This document shows, piece by piece, positions 1 through 9,683 of a DNA stretch of 64,000 bases. Numbering within the stretch: the first letter of the stretch is position 1; each line of letters opens with the position of its first letter. Under the pieces are notes generated by a model. The model had not been told where the DNA came from, ran no database searches, and saw only the letters and a program-made list of their open reading frames with translations. The stretch comes from a bacterium (lineage in GTDB: Bacteria > UBA8248): positions 928,001 to 992,000 of the forward strand of contig CBDCRP010000002.1 of NCBI GenBank assembly GCA_965221165.1, read 5' to 3'. Both the position numbers and the translations under genes were made by a program.

Positions 1-1
1 T

Positions 2-424
2 GAATATGTCCTGATGCCAAATCATATGCACGGCATCGTTGTAATCGTAGGGTCAGACATATATGTCTGCCACCTGCGTGTCCGCCCGGAACCCGAAGAT
101 CGCGAATCGGAGAATCATCAACAGGTAGAAACCCAACGACAAGAAGAAAATCAACAGGGCGAAGACCAAAGCGAGGGCGGACACACAGGTCCGCCCCTAC
201 AGGAAATCATTCAATGGGTCAAAACGATGACCACGAATGAATATATCAACGAGGTGAAATACGGGCGTTTTCCGCCTTTCGAGAAACGCATATGGCAACG
301 ATCATTCTACGACCACGTCATCCGCGATGATGAGGACATGAACCGCGTCCGCGAATACATCCGGAGCAACCCGCTTCAATGGGCGCTTGATGAAGAGAAC
401 CCTGCCAACCACGCAGGGCCGTAG
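2..424 (+). mobile_element. REP-associated tyrosine transposase (RAYT/TnpA-REP, Y1 HUH family), 5' end outside the window
   Basis: Open frame from base 2: EYVLMPNHMHG (HUH motif), WQRSFYDHVIR, and YIRSNP (catalytic Tyr). GTAG palindromes lie inside and downstream. Confidence 0.9.
47..200. repeat. Intragenic inverted pair of GTAG-type REPs within the RAYT
   Basis: GTAGGGTCAGACATATATGTCTGCC starting at 47 and GGGCGGACACACAGGTCCGCCCCTAC at 175-200. Confidence 0.75.
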
Positions 425-540
425 GGACAGGTCGCGACGTGTCCTATCGTATCCACTCTTAAACGGGACAGGCACAGGGGCCTGTCCCTACGAAACAAAC
501 GAAGCAGTTCGTAGGGGCGGACACCCCAAGGGTTGTCCGG
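421..540. repeat. GTAG REP cluster (3 units) between RAYT and acnA
   Basis: GTAGGGACAGGTCGCGACGTGTCC (421), GGGACAGGCACAGGGGCCTGTCCCTAC (465-491), GTAGGGGCGGACACCCCAAGGGTTGTCCG (511). Confidence 0.8.
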
Positions 541-546
541 CTACCC

Positions 547-3252
547 TTAGTTTTGCCCGCTCTTGAGGAGCTGTCGCAACACGTACTGCAGGATGCCGCC
601 GTGCTGGTAGTAGGACAGCTCGTTGGGGGTGTCGATGCGCACGACGGCGTCGAAGACAATCGCGGCACCGCCGCCCTCCGGCGCGGCGCTCACCCGCACC
701 TCCTTGGCCTCGCCCTGATCCACACCCTCGACGTCGAAGGTCTCCCGGCCCGTGAGGCCCAGGCTCTCCGCCGTATCGCCCGGCTTGAACTGAAGCGGCA
801 GCACGCCCATGCCGACCAGGTTCGAGCGGTGGATGCGCTCGAAGCTCTCGGCGATGACGGCCCGGATGCCGAGCAGGATCGACCCCTTGGCGGCCCAGTC
901 GCGCGAGGAACCCGTGCCGTATTCCTTGCCCCCCAGAACGACGAGGGGAATCCCCGCCTCCTGGTATTCCATCGCCGCGTCGTAGATGGGCATGACCTCG
1001 TTTTTCGGGAAATAGGTGGTGAAGCCGCCCTCGGTGCCCGGAGCCGTCCTGTTCCTCAAGCGCACGTTCGAGAAGGTGCCCCGCATCATCACCTCGTGGT
1101 TCCCGCGCCTGGAACCATAGCTGTTGAAGTCGGCGGGCAGGACGTCGTTCATTACGAGAAACTGCCCGCCCGGGCTGTCGCGCTTGATGGAGCCAGCCGG
1201 CGAGATGTGGTCCGTCGTCACCGAATCGCCCAGAAGCGCAAGGCAGCGCGCTCCCCGGATGTCCTCGACGGGCTCGGGGTCGGGCTTCATGCCCTCGAAA
1301 TAGGGCGCGCGTCTTATGTAGGTGGACATGTCGTCCCACGCAAACAAGCCGCCCTCCGGCGTCGGGATGCCCTGCCAGCGCAGATCGCCCCTGAATACGT
1401 CGCCGTAGCTTCTCTGGAACATATCGGCCTTCACGTGGTTCATCACCACGTCCTGAAGCTCGCTCTGCGTGGGCCAGATGTCCTTGAGATAGACCGGAGC
1501 GCCCTCTTTATCCTCACCCAGCGGGTCTTTCGTGATGTCCAGGTCCATCCGCCCGGCGATGGCGTAGGCCACCACCAGGGGCGGTGAGGCCAGAAAGTTC
1601 ATGCGCACCTCGGCGTGCACGCGGCCCTCGAAGTTCCTGTTGCCCGAGAGCACCGAGCAGGCGACGAGGTCGCCCTCGGCCACCGCTTTCGAGATGTGCG
1701 CGGGCAGAGGGCCTGAGTTACCGATGCAGGTGGTGCAGCCGTAGCCCACGTTGTGGAAACCCAATTCTTCCAGGTAAGGCGTGAGGCCCGCGCTCTTCAG
1801 ATATTCCGTCACCACCATCGAGCCGGGCGCGAGTGAGGTCTTGACCCAGGGCTTCACTTTCAGTCCGCGCTCGGCGGCTTTTTTCGCCACCAGGCCCGCG
1901 CCCAGCATGACGTATGGGTTCGAGGTGTTGGTGCAGCTCGTAATCGCCGCGATGACGACCGCGCCGTGCGTTATCTGATAAGTCTTTGCGCCGTCTTTCA
2001 CGGTAACGGCAGCGGGAGCCACGGCCGTGCCGCCGCCTTCTCCGCCGAGTTCGATCAGCATCTTGTCGAGTTCGCGCTCGAAGGTGGCGCTCGCATCCGT
2101 GAGCACGATGCGATCCTGCGGCCGCTTGGGACCGGAGATGCTCGGGACGACGTCGCCGAGGTCCAGTTCCAGCGTGTCGGTGTAAACCGCCTCGGGAGAA
2201 TCCGTCTCGCGGAACATGCCCTGCGCCCTGGCGTAGGCCTCCACGAGGGCTATCTGCTCCGCCGGACGGCTCGTGAGCTCCATGTATTTGAGCGTCTCGC
2301 GGTCGATGGGGAAGATGCCGCAGGTCGCGCCGTACTCCGGCGCCATGTTGGCGAGCGTCGCGCGATCGGCGAGCGGCAGGTTGTCCAGGCCCGGTCCGTA
2401 GAACTCCACGAACTTGCCCACCACGCCCTTTTCCCTGAGCATCTGCACGACCACGAGGACGAGATCCGTCGCCGTGGAGCCTTCTCTCAGATCGCCTGCG
2501 AGCCTGAAGCCCACCACGTCGGGAATGAGCATCGAGTAGGGCTGGCCCAGCATGGCGGCTTCCGCCTCGATGCCGCCCACGCCCCAGCCCAGGACGCCGA
2601 TGCCGTTTATCATCGTGGTGTGCGAATCCGTGCCCACGACCGTGTCGGGAAAGGCGCGCGTGACGCCCTCTTTCTCGTCCGTGCCCACCACCGGGGCCAG
2701 AAATTCCAGGTTCACCTGATGAACGATGCCGGTATCGGGCGGCACGGCCCGGAAGTTGTCGAACGCGCTCTGCGCCCAGCGCAAAAAGGCGTAGCGCTCG
2801 GTGTTCCTGTCGTACTCGAGTTGCGCGTTGTTCTCCAAGGCCGTCTTCGTGCCGAACTCGTCCACCTGCACGGAATGGTCGATCACCAGATCGACGGGTT
2901 GCAAGGGGTTGATGAGGTCGGGGTCGCCGCCCAAATCCTTCATGGCGTCGCGCATGGCGGCCAGGTCGACCACGACGGGAACGCCCGTGTAATCCTGCAA
3001 CAAAACGCGGCTCGGCATGAAGCCTATCTCGGTAGCCTCGCCCTTCTTCGCGTCCCAGGAGGCGAGCGCCTCGATGTCGGCGGCGCGCACGGAGCGTCCA
3101 TCCTCGTTTCGAAGCAAATTCTCCAGCAAGACCTTCATGGCGAAGGGGAGCCGGGCGACGTCGCCCTTGTCCCCCAGCGCGCCTATCCGGTAAATCTCAT
3201 AGGTTGTCCCGCCTACTTCGAGTTCCGAGCGGGCATCGAAACTATTGCTCAT
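547..3252 (-). CDS. acnA: Aconitate hydratase A
   Basis: 901 aa; [60 protein letters not shown]; SD GAGGTG upstream. Confidence 0.98.
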   Translation of the reverse strand: MSNSFDARSELEVGGTTYEIYRIGALGDKGDVARLPFAMKVLLENLLRNEDGRSVRAADIEALASWDAKKGEATEIGFMPSRVLLQDYTGVPVVVDLAAMRDAMKDLGGDPDLINPLQPVDLVIDHSVQVDEFGTKTALENNAQLEYDRNTERYAFLRWAQSAFDNFRAVPPDTGIVHQVNLEFLAPVVGTDEKEGVTRAFPDTVVGTDSHTTMINGIGVLGWGVGGIEAEAAMLGQPYSMLIPDVVGFRLAGDLREGSTATDLVLVVVQMLREKGVVGKFVEFYGPGLDNLPLADRATLANMAPEYGATCGIFPIDRETLKYMELTSRPAEQIALVEAYARAQGMFRETDSPEAVYTDTLELDLGDVVPSISGPKRPQDRIVLTDASATFERELDKMLIELGGEGGGTAVAPAAVTVKDGAKTYQITHGAVVIAAITSCTNTSNPYVMLGAGLVAKKAAERGLKVKPWVKTSLAPGSMVVTEYLKSAGLTPYLEELGFHNVGYGCTTCIGNSGPLPAHISKAVAEGDLVACSVLSGNRNFEGRVHAEVRMNFLASPPLVVAYAIAGRMDLDITKDPLGEDKEGAPVYLKDIWPTQSELQDVVMNHVKADMFQRSYGDVFRGDLRWQGIPTPEGGLFAWDDMSTYIRRAPYFEGMKPDPEPVEDIRGARCLALLGDSVTTDHISPAGSIKRDSPGGQFLVMNDVLPADFNSYGSRRGNHEVMMRGTFSNVRLRNRTAPGTEGGFTTYFPKNEVMPIYDAAMEYQEAGIPLVVLGGKEYGTGSSRDWAAKGSILLGIRAVIAESFERIHRSNLVGMGVLPLQFKPGDTAESLGLTGRETFDVEGVDQGEAKEVRVSAAPEGGGAAIVFDAVVRIDTPNELSYYQHGGILQYVLRQLLKSGQN

Positions 3253-3494
3253 CGTTCACCTCTTTCGGGCGGTAGCGCCGCTTCCCAAAAAAGCCACCGG
3301 GAAAGCGGACTCCGCCGCATCAAGCGCTCTTCGCGTCCAAAACCGGCCCCCGGTTAAGGGTGATTTCAGGCAAAAAGCCGTTATCCATGGAGTCATACGG
3401 AATGACGAAAAAACGAGTTTCCCACGCGCCGGATGATACCACACATGGAAGGACAGGACGAGGGAGGTTCGCCACCCGCCTTGAAAAGCGTTTT

Positions 3495-3920
3495 TTACGC
3501 CTCTTTCACCACCATGTAGGTGGCCGAGGCGAAACAGACGAGTTTTTCCGCATCATCGAGAATACGCATTTCCCACACCGAGGTTTTTCGGCCCAGATGC
3601 AGGGCCTTCGCCTCGCCGGTGAGGGTTCCCTCCTTCACCGGACGCACGAAGTTTATCTTCATCTCCACCGTCACCACTTCCGTACCGACCGGATAGCTCA
3701 CGTAGCTGCCTACGCCGCCGACGGTATCGGCAAGCGCCGCCAGCGCGCCGCCATGGATAATCCCGAAGGGCTGAAAGAGCCGGGGCTCCACCGGCAGCGC
3801 GACGCGGGCGAAGCCCTTCTCGGCTTCTAAGACCTCGAAACCCAGGAGGTCGTTGAAATTCCCCCGCCAGCGGGCCTGGAATGCCCGCTCGATATCCTCC
3901 CTGCTCCAGGACTGCTCCAT
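3495..3920 (-). CDS. PaaI-family hotdog thioesterase
   Basis: QPFGIIHGGALAALAD motif and EMKINFVRPV; start chosen at MEQSW. Confidence 0.9.
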   Translation of the reverse strand: MEQSWSREDIERAFQARWRGNFNDLLGFEVLEAEKGFARVALPVEPRLFQPFGIIHGGALAALADTVGGVGSYVSYPVGTEVVTVEMKINFVRPVKEGTLTGEAKALHLGRKTSVWEMRILDDAEKLVCFASATYMVVKEA

Positions 3921-4059
3921 GACCCATCCTTTCGGGCGCATATCGGCCCCACGGGAGGGATATGCGCGTGAAATGTATTCAAGAATTCATCGGAAAGTCG
4001 ACAAAATGAAATTATCTCACGAAGATTCGAGAGCCTTCACGAAACGCCGTAACTCCCAT

Positions 4060-4302
4060 TTATCTTTGAAGCAGGACCGCCAGGCCCTCGTTTGATTTAT
4101 CCAAGCGATCGAGCGTTTTATCCAAACTTTCCATTGTTTTCCACAATGCCTTTCTGGATTCCCGGCCCTGGGCGATGATCTCATCGAGCGCCTTCTCTCT
4201 TTGCCTGATATCGGCGCGCATGGTGTAGAGGCCATGCCAGATTACTGCGCATTGCGCGATGCCTATCAGGTCTCCCGTATTGACCGGCTGTAAATCCACC
4301 AT
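4060..4302 (-). CDS. Small hypothetical membrane-anchored helical protein (paralog of 5059-5433)
   Basis: GIAQCAVIWHGLYTMR..REKALDEII aligns by eye with GFAQCLLIGIGLLYMR..RDRALDELI. Confidence 0.65.
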   Translation of the reverse strand: MVDLQPVNTGDLIGIAQCAVIWHGLYTMRADIRQREKALDEIIAQGRESRKALWKTMESLDKTLDRLDKSNEGLAVLLQR

Positions 4303-4513
4303 CTTTCCACGCGCTCTCTTTACGGGTCCTCCTTAAGGCATACTCGTGAATATTAGAACCAAAACCCAGGAAGAGCGCAAACGCTCGCGTCTTCTCTATG
4401 AAACCACGGGGCCGGATAATCGAAACAACGCAAGCTTCGGCTCGATCCCCACAGCCGCGCGATTGGCGGCCACACCCGTAAAACAGATGAGGATAATGAC
4501 CCCGAAGGCCCTA

Positions 4514-4828
4514 TCAGCCGAAGATTTGCGTCGGCACGCGCCCCCAGGCGGAGGGGTCGGTGAGGATGTCACCGCCATCGTCCTCGTAGGAGAAAAAGAG
4601 GATTTCCGTTTCGGTCTTGCTGCCCTTTTTCTCCATGCGGCGCACGGTGATGGTCGGCACGTGGACGCCGAGTTCAAAGTTTTTCGCATGGCTCACCGAG
4701 ACGCTCGCCCCGAACTTGGCGGCGCAGCTCTCGAGTTGTTCCCTCGTCGTCTTCACCCGGCCGTCCGCGAGGATCTCCCCGCCGAAATTCTCCGTGAGAT
4801 CGACTACAAAAATATTCGGCTCCAGCAT
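4514..4828 (-). CDS. Hypothetical protein, 104 aa
   Basis: Globular-looking ORF starting MLEPNIF, preceded by AAGGGAG SD; ends WGRVPTQIFG. Confidence 0.7.
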   Translation of the reverse strand: MLEPNIFVVDLTENFGGEILADGRVKTTREQLESCAAKFGASVSVSHAKNFELGVHVPTITVRRMEKKGSKTETEILFFSYEDDGGDILTDPSAWGRVPTQIFG

Positions 4829-5058
4829 GATGGCGCATTCTCCCTTGAAACGTGATGAACGAAACCCGGAAACGCTCTTTCCGGGGTGTGCGAAAGCGCG
4901 GAGTCTAGCAAAAGGAAGGGAAATTGACAAAAAGCGCGACACGATTCTTTCGTCGCCGTTTATCGGGTTGCCGAGAGAGTCCCGCTTCTATGAACCGCTC
5001 CCGGTTTTCTCCCGAAGCCTCATAGTCGCCACATAGCTTTGGAGTGGTTGCGGGTTGT

Positions 5059-5433
5059 TTACGCTCGCGCCCCTCCGGTGCGTTCGATGAGCGCACGGAG
5101 CGACACCATATTTTCTTCGTGATTCGCCATATTTTCTTCGTGCCTGACTCTGTTCTCTTTACTGCGTTCACGAAGCGCCAGCATGTTTGCTTCGTGATTC
5201 GCCATGTTTGCTTCGTGATTCGCCATGTATGCTTCGTGATTCGCCATGTGTTCATCGTGATTGGATCGGGTGCGTTCGATGAGTTCATCGAGCGCCCTAT
5301 CCCGCAGAATCGCCGCGCGGCGCATGTATAAAAGGCCTATCCCGATGAGCAGGCACTGCGCGAAGCCCACCGCGCCGGCAACCCATACGCCCGCGTATTG
5401 CGCCGCCAATGATGCAACTTCGTACTGTGTCAT
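5059..5433 (-). CDS. Small membrane-anchored protein with His/Met heptad repeats
   Basis: N-terminal hydrophobic helix followed by (MANHEAN)n; GGAG upstream of the ATG. Confidence 0.8.
   Translation of the reverse strand: MTQYEVASLAAQYAGVWVAGAVGFAQCLLIGIGLLYMRRAAILRDRALDELIERTRSNHDEHMANHEAYMANHEANMANHEANMLALRERSKENRVRHEENMANHEENMVSLRALIERTGGARA
5107..5265 (-). repeat. 21-bp coding tandem repeat, 4 + 2 units
   Basis: Units such as CATGTTTGCTTCGTGATTCGC at 5182, 5203, 5224, 5245 and CATATTTTCTTCGTGATTCGC at 5107, 5128. Confidence 0.9.
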
Positions 5434-5678
5434 CTCCGTTCCCTTTCGGCTATCCAGGGAGTCGCGCCTTATATCCTACCAAATGCCCATATACCCGACA
5501 AATTCGTCCGTGCGCTGCTTTGACGTGCAGAAGGGGGATTTTTGGCGGTTTTGGGCGGGCGGCGACCCGTGTCGGTTCAGAGAATGGGCCTTAGAACTGC
5601 TTTGGTTGGAAGTATAGACAGACTGTTGCGTCTTCAGCCGCAACAGAACGGTGAAAAACCTCCCGCTCCCCGAAAACC

Positions 5679-6443
5679 CTACCAGTCCCAGAAGAGCGTA
5701 TACGCCCTGCCGGTGACGGGCCGGTTTTCTTTCCACTCGAGGCGGGTCTGGCCGGTCTCGTTCAGCACGCGGGGATAGACGCGGCGCTTGTTGAAGCTGT
5801 TCGAGGCGCCCTGGGATTCTTCCCTGCGCGCGCCCACTATATGGCGCCCGGCGGGAACGAGCACTTCGAGCCAGAACTCTTCGGTGGGATATTCGACGAG
5901 GAGGGTGACCCATTCGTTTCGCGTGGTGAACGCACCCCGCAGGCTCAACTGCTGGCGAAGCTCGAAAACCGCTCCCGCCCGAATCGTTTCCGCCAGAGGA
6001 AGGCGGGCCGAGAAATCCGCTCCCGCGCCTTCTTCGATGTGATATTCCAGGGGCGTCCAGCCGGACTCGCCGGCTTGCCCCTCATCCACGAGCCGGTAGG
6101 AATACGTCACGTCCCGCTCGCCGCTGCCCGTGTGGTAGCGCGTTCTGAGCTGGGACAGGTCCCGCAGGGCCAGGCAGCGTCGCACGCTCTCCATGCGCGC
6201 GTTTTTGCCCTCGACGTCCTCAATCGTATATGTCCGGGAGTTCAGGAGCACGCGGTAGTCGTAGTCGTCCTCCTTGTCCCTCTCGATGGAGGGGGCGGCG
6301 TGGCCTCCTTCTTCGATATGACGGACCCGCGCTTCGAGCGCGTCCATCTTCTCTGCGAGTTCCTCCTGTCGCCTGAGAACCGAAGAAATGCCGCTTGCGA
6401 GTTCATCGAGTGCGTTTTCGAGTTCAGGGTCGTTTTCCGCCAT
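5679..6443 (-). CDS. Hypothetical protein: N-terminal coiled coil plus beta-rich C-terminal domain
   Basis: Start MAEND after GAGGA; heptad-like residues in the first ~45 aa; alternating beta pattern ending YTLFWDW. Confidence 0.75.
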   Translation of the reverse strand: MAENDPELENALDELASGISSVLRRQEELAEKMDALEARVRHIEEGGHAAPSIERDKEDDYDYRVLLNSRTYTIEDVEGKNARMESVRRCLALRDLSQLRTRYHTGSGERDVTYSYRLVDEGQAGESGWTPLEYHIEEGAGADFSARLPLAETIRAGAVFELRQQLSLRGAFTTRNEWVTLLVEYPTEEFWLEVLVPAGRHIVGARREESQGASNSFNKRRVYPRVLNETGQTRLEWKENRPVTGRAYTLFWDW

Positions 6444-6651
6444 GCTTTGAGTCCTCGGGGATTTGCCGCTCCCCCGGTGCGCATGCGCCCGCATTGGCCG
6501 TGCTTTCCGCTTATCGGAACAAGGTATACCAACATACCGGGGGGATGGGCAAGAAAGCTCGTCGCGCACCTCGTTTTTCAGGGAAAATATGTAAAAAATA
6601 GCGAAAAAAGGGGGAAATATCTGAAAATAAGTGAAAATTTAAGTATTTGAT

Positions 6652-7794
6652 TTATATGGGATTAAGCTGCGTCAGGCGGCTTCGGGACGCAACGCGGCTC
6701 TCGTCGGCCAACTGGCCGCACGCCGCGAGGATATCGCCCCCCTTGCTGATGCGCGTGGTGGCCACCAGGCCTGCGGCCAGGAGTATCCGGCGGAATTCCT
6801 CGATTCGCCCATCGCCGGGCCGCTCATAGGGGGTTCCCGGAAACGGATTCCACGGAATCAGATTCACCTTACACTTGAGGCCACGCAACAGCCTGGAGAG
6901 CTCCCCAGCGTCTTGTTTCGAGTCATTTACCCCCAGGAGCATGACGTATTCAAAAGTGATGCGACGCCGCTCGCCGATGGGCAATTCCCGGCATTCATCG
7001 ATCAGCGCCCTCAAATGCCACTTGCGGTTGACCGGCACCAGTTCTCCTCTCGTCTCGTCATCCGCCGCATGGAGCGACACCGCCAAGCCCACCCCCGGAA
7101 CGGCGGACACGAAACCCCGGAGTCTCGAGACGACACCCACCGTCGATACGGTGAGCCGCCTGGGGCTGACGCCATTCGCCCGGGGGTGCGTGAGAATCCT
7201 CACGGCGCTTACCGTGGCGTCGAAATTGTCGAGCGGCTCTCCCATTCCCATGAAAACGACGTTGTGAAAACGCTCTCCTTCGGCGAGACGACTCCTTGCG
7301 GCGAGAAATTGGCCGACAATTTCACCGGGCGTCAACTGCCTGACGAAACCCATCCTGGCCGTCAGACAAAACGTGCAACCCATCGCGCATCCTACCTGCG
7401 TGGATATGCAAAGCGCCCACCGCATGACGCCATTGACGTTCCTCATCGGTATTCGGACGCTCTCGATCCGCGCGCCATCGCGCAGGCGCCACACATGTTT
7501 TTCCGTTCCATCCGCACTCTTGCTCTCCCGGTCGAGTTCGAGCGTTTCGATGCGGGCCGTTTTTTCGAGTTTCGCTCTCAGGTCTTTGGGTATATTCGCC
7601 ATTTGAGAGAATTCACGCACGCCGTGGGCATACAGCCAAGAGAATATTTGCCGGCCCCTATAAGAGGTTTCCCCCATCCGCTCGCACAGCGAAACGAGTT
7701 CTTCCTCACCCATGCCGACAAGCTCGATAGAGCCAGAGGGCGGCAATCGACCCACGCGATCTTTTTGAATTTCAGATTTCATATCCTGTTTCAT
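6652..7794 (-). CDS. rlmN: 23S rRNA m2A2503 / tRNA methyltransferase, radical SAM
   Basis: CISTQVGCAMGCTFC, MGMGEPL, ITFEYVML, DILAACGQL. Confidence 0.97.
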   Translation of the reverse strand: MKQDMKSEIQKDRVGRLPPSGSIELVGMGEEELVSLCERMGETSYRGRQIFSWLYAHGVREFSQMANIPKDLRAKLEKTARIETLELDRESKSADGTEKHVWRLRDGARIESVRIPMRNVNGVMRWALCISTQVGCAMGCTFCLTARMGFVRQLTPGEIVGQFLAARSRLAEGERFHNVVFMGMGEPLDNFDATVSAVRILTHPRANGVSPRRLTVSTVGVVSRLRGFVSAVPGVGLAVSLHAADDETRGELVPVNRKWHLRALIDECRELPIGERRRITFEYVMLLGVNDSKQDAGELSRLLRGLKCKVNLIPWNPFPGTPYERPGDGRIEEFRRILLAAGLVATTRISKGGDILAACGQLADESRVASRSRLTQLNPI

Positions 7795-7882
7795 CCATCA
7801 ACTCATGGTGTTATGGTTTGCCCGTTTCGTTGCTCGTTCGCATCATATCACGGTTACTCATGCCTGGATGGAGAGTGTTCAT

Positions 7883-8518
7883 ATGACCATACGCGCGCTT
7901 CTTTTAGACCATGACGGCACGCTTGTCGACAGCTATGAGGGCATCGCAAAGTGCATGCGCCTCATGTGCCGAGACCTCGGCGTGCCCGAAATGACGGATG
8001 AAGAGATTCTCGCATCCATTGGTCCCACGCTCGAGGAAAGATTCACCGAACTGTGGGGAGAAGATACGGCCAACGAGGCGGTGCTCATCTATCGCTCTCA
8101 TTACAAGGTTCATAACATCGCGGGCACCCATATTATCCCTGGGGCGAAAAAAACACTCGAAACCCTTTCCCATCGGGGCTTTCAGATGGCTTGCGTGTCG
8201 AACAAAACATGGTTTTTCTGCAAGGAACAATTAGAGCATGTCGGGCTTCTCCCCTATATTCGAACGGTGTTCGGACACCGCCAGGGATATGCGCCGAAGC
8301 CGGACCCGGAAATGCTGTTCGCCGCCATTAAATCGCTTGAAGTGAAACCAGAGGAAGTCGTCATGGTTGGGGATACGACGACAGACATACAGGCCGCCAG
8401 AAACGCATCTATCCCCGTATGGATCATCAAGGGAAAATATTCACGGGCTGATGAGATAAAAAAACTAAATCCAGATCGATATTTAGAAAAGTTAGAAGAT
8501 ATTCTGGACTTACTATAA
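7883..8518 (+). CDS. HAD-IA hydrolase (phosphoglycolate phosphatase-like)
   Basis: DHDGTLVDS, SNK, KPDP and VGDTTTD motifs. Confidence 0.9.
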   Translation: MTIRALLLDHDGTLVDSYEGIAKCMRLMCRDLGVPEMTDEEILASIGPTLEERFTELWGEDTANEAVLIYRSHYKVHNIAGTHIIPGAKKTLETLSHRGFQMACVSNKTWFFCKEQLEHVGLLPYIRTVFGHRQGYAPKPDPEMLFAAIKSLEVKPEEVVMVGDTTTDIQAARNASIPVWIIKGKYSRADEIKKLNPDRYLEKLEDILDLL

Positions 8519-8738
8519 TTTCCCACTTTCTCGCTTGCGGAGATCATGATGGTTGCCTATCTTTTAGTCGTCGAGAACAAAGGCGGAGTGCTTTTGCGCC
8601 AACCAGGCATCCTGCCTGGATTACGTATGTTTTGAGCAGATATGCATTCAGTCCTTTGTCACGCGGCTTTATTATTCAATCTATAAGGGAAACCGTTCGG
8701 CCTATACTCACTCAAATACTTTCCTTGGAATTAATTTC

Positions 8739-9488
8739 ATGAACCTCATCGTTGGCGCACTGATTGCAATTTATCTCTTATTTTTAGTGCTCGAACTAAC
8801 GGACCTGCGTCGTGGCAGAACCAGATACATATGGGCGCTTTACAGAGTCCCGCTAGCTGGAATCGCTCTCGCCGGTGTCTTGGTGCTCTATGCACAACCT
8901 TTTTCGTCCATCTCGGAATTGATAGAGCGAAAAACGATTCCGTTTCCTACCAAAAAAATTCACCTTGATGAGGATATGGGGACAACCACAAGCGAAAGTT
9001 TCGGGAGTGGAAAACCTGGAATCTTTTGGTACATACATAATTTTTCCAGGCTTTACGGGGTAGATCCCCTGTTGGTGCGCGCTGTCATCGAGGTCGAAAG
9101 TAAATTCAATCCAAAAGCCGTTTCTCATACAGGCGCCAGAGGGCTCATGCAAATCAATCCGATTACAGCGAAACACTTAGGACTCAACAACGTTTTCGAC
9201 ATCCGCGAGAACATCGAGGGTGGTGTACGCTACCTAAGATATCTGCTTGAGTTATATGGCTGGAATTTACATATGACGTTGGCCTCATACAATGCGGGTC
9301 CCGCCACTATTCGACGCTATAACGGGATTCCACCCTTTCAAGAAACACGCCGGTACGTTTCAAAGGTCATCCGAGTATATGAGCGCCTTAAAAGAACGAA
9401 GGAGGTGTTCAACAGCGAATCTCGACTTTCCTCCCTGCTCCGTCAGTTGCCCAGCACTCAAACAAAACCGGACAGGGCAACTGAGTAG
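8739..9488 (+). CDS. Membrane-anchored lytic transglycosylase (SLT domain)
   Basis: Two N-terminal hydrophobic segments; IEVES, GARGLMQ, ASYNAG, ETRRYV. Confidence 0.93.
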   Translation: MNLIVGALIAIYLLFLVLELTDLRRGRTRYIWALYRVPLAGIALAGVLVLYAQPFSSISELIERKTIPFPTKKIHLDEDMGTTTSESFGSGKPGIFWYIHNFSRLYGVDPLLVRAVIEVESKFNPKAVSHTGARGLMQINPITAKHLGLNNVFDIRENIEGGVRYLRYLLELYGWNLHMTLASYNAGPATIRRYNGIPPFQETRRYVSKVIRVYERLKRTKEVFNSESRLSSLLRQLPSTQTKPDRATE

Positions 9489-9683
9489 AAATCTGTATTC
9501 TCGTGGACATAAATCACAAAGGTTTGCTGCAGTTCAGTGAAACGCAAGTTTTTGCAGTTTGTGGCAATGATGTATCATTTTGAAACCACATTGCCGAGCC
9601 ACACGTGATTTCTATATTTCAAGAACCCAGCGGAATCCGTTCGGCCACGATTCACTAAAATCCATATAGCACCAGGGAATGGA

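Noticed and set aside
553-3357. Long + strand ORFs (344 and 463 aa) antisense to acnA, and similar shadows elsewhere (28201-29904, 49217-50377, 59313-60542)
   Set aside because: Antisense shadows expected from high-GC codon bias; no motifs, and they fully overlap confident genes.
5107-5265. Regular repeats as a possible CRISPR array
   Set aside because: Head-to-tail 21-bp units with no unique spacers, in frame within a CDS; no cas genes.
8547-8635. Short ORF MMVAYLLVVENK.. between the HAD and SLT genes
   Set aside because: Weak SD spacing, no recognisable features; probably the promoter region.
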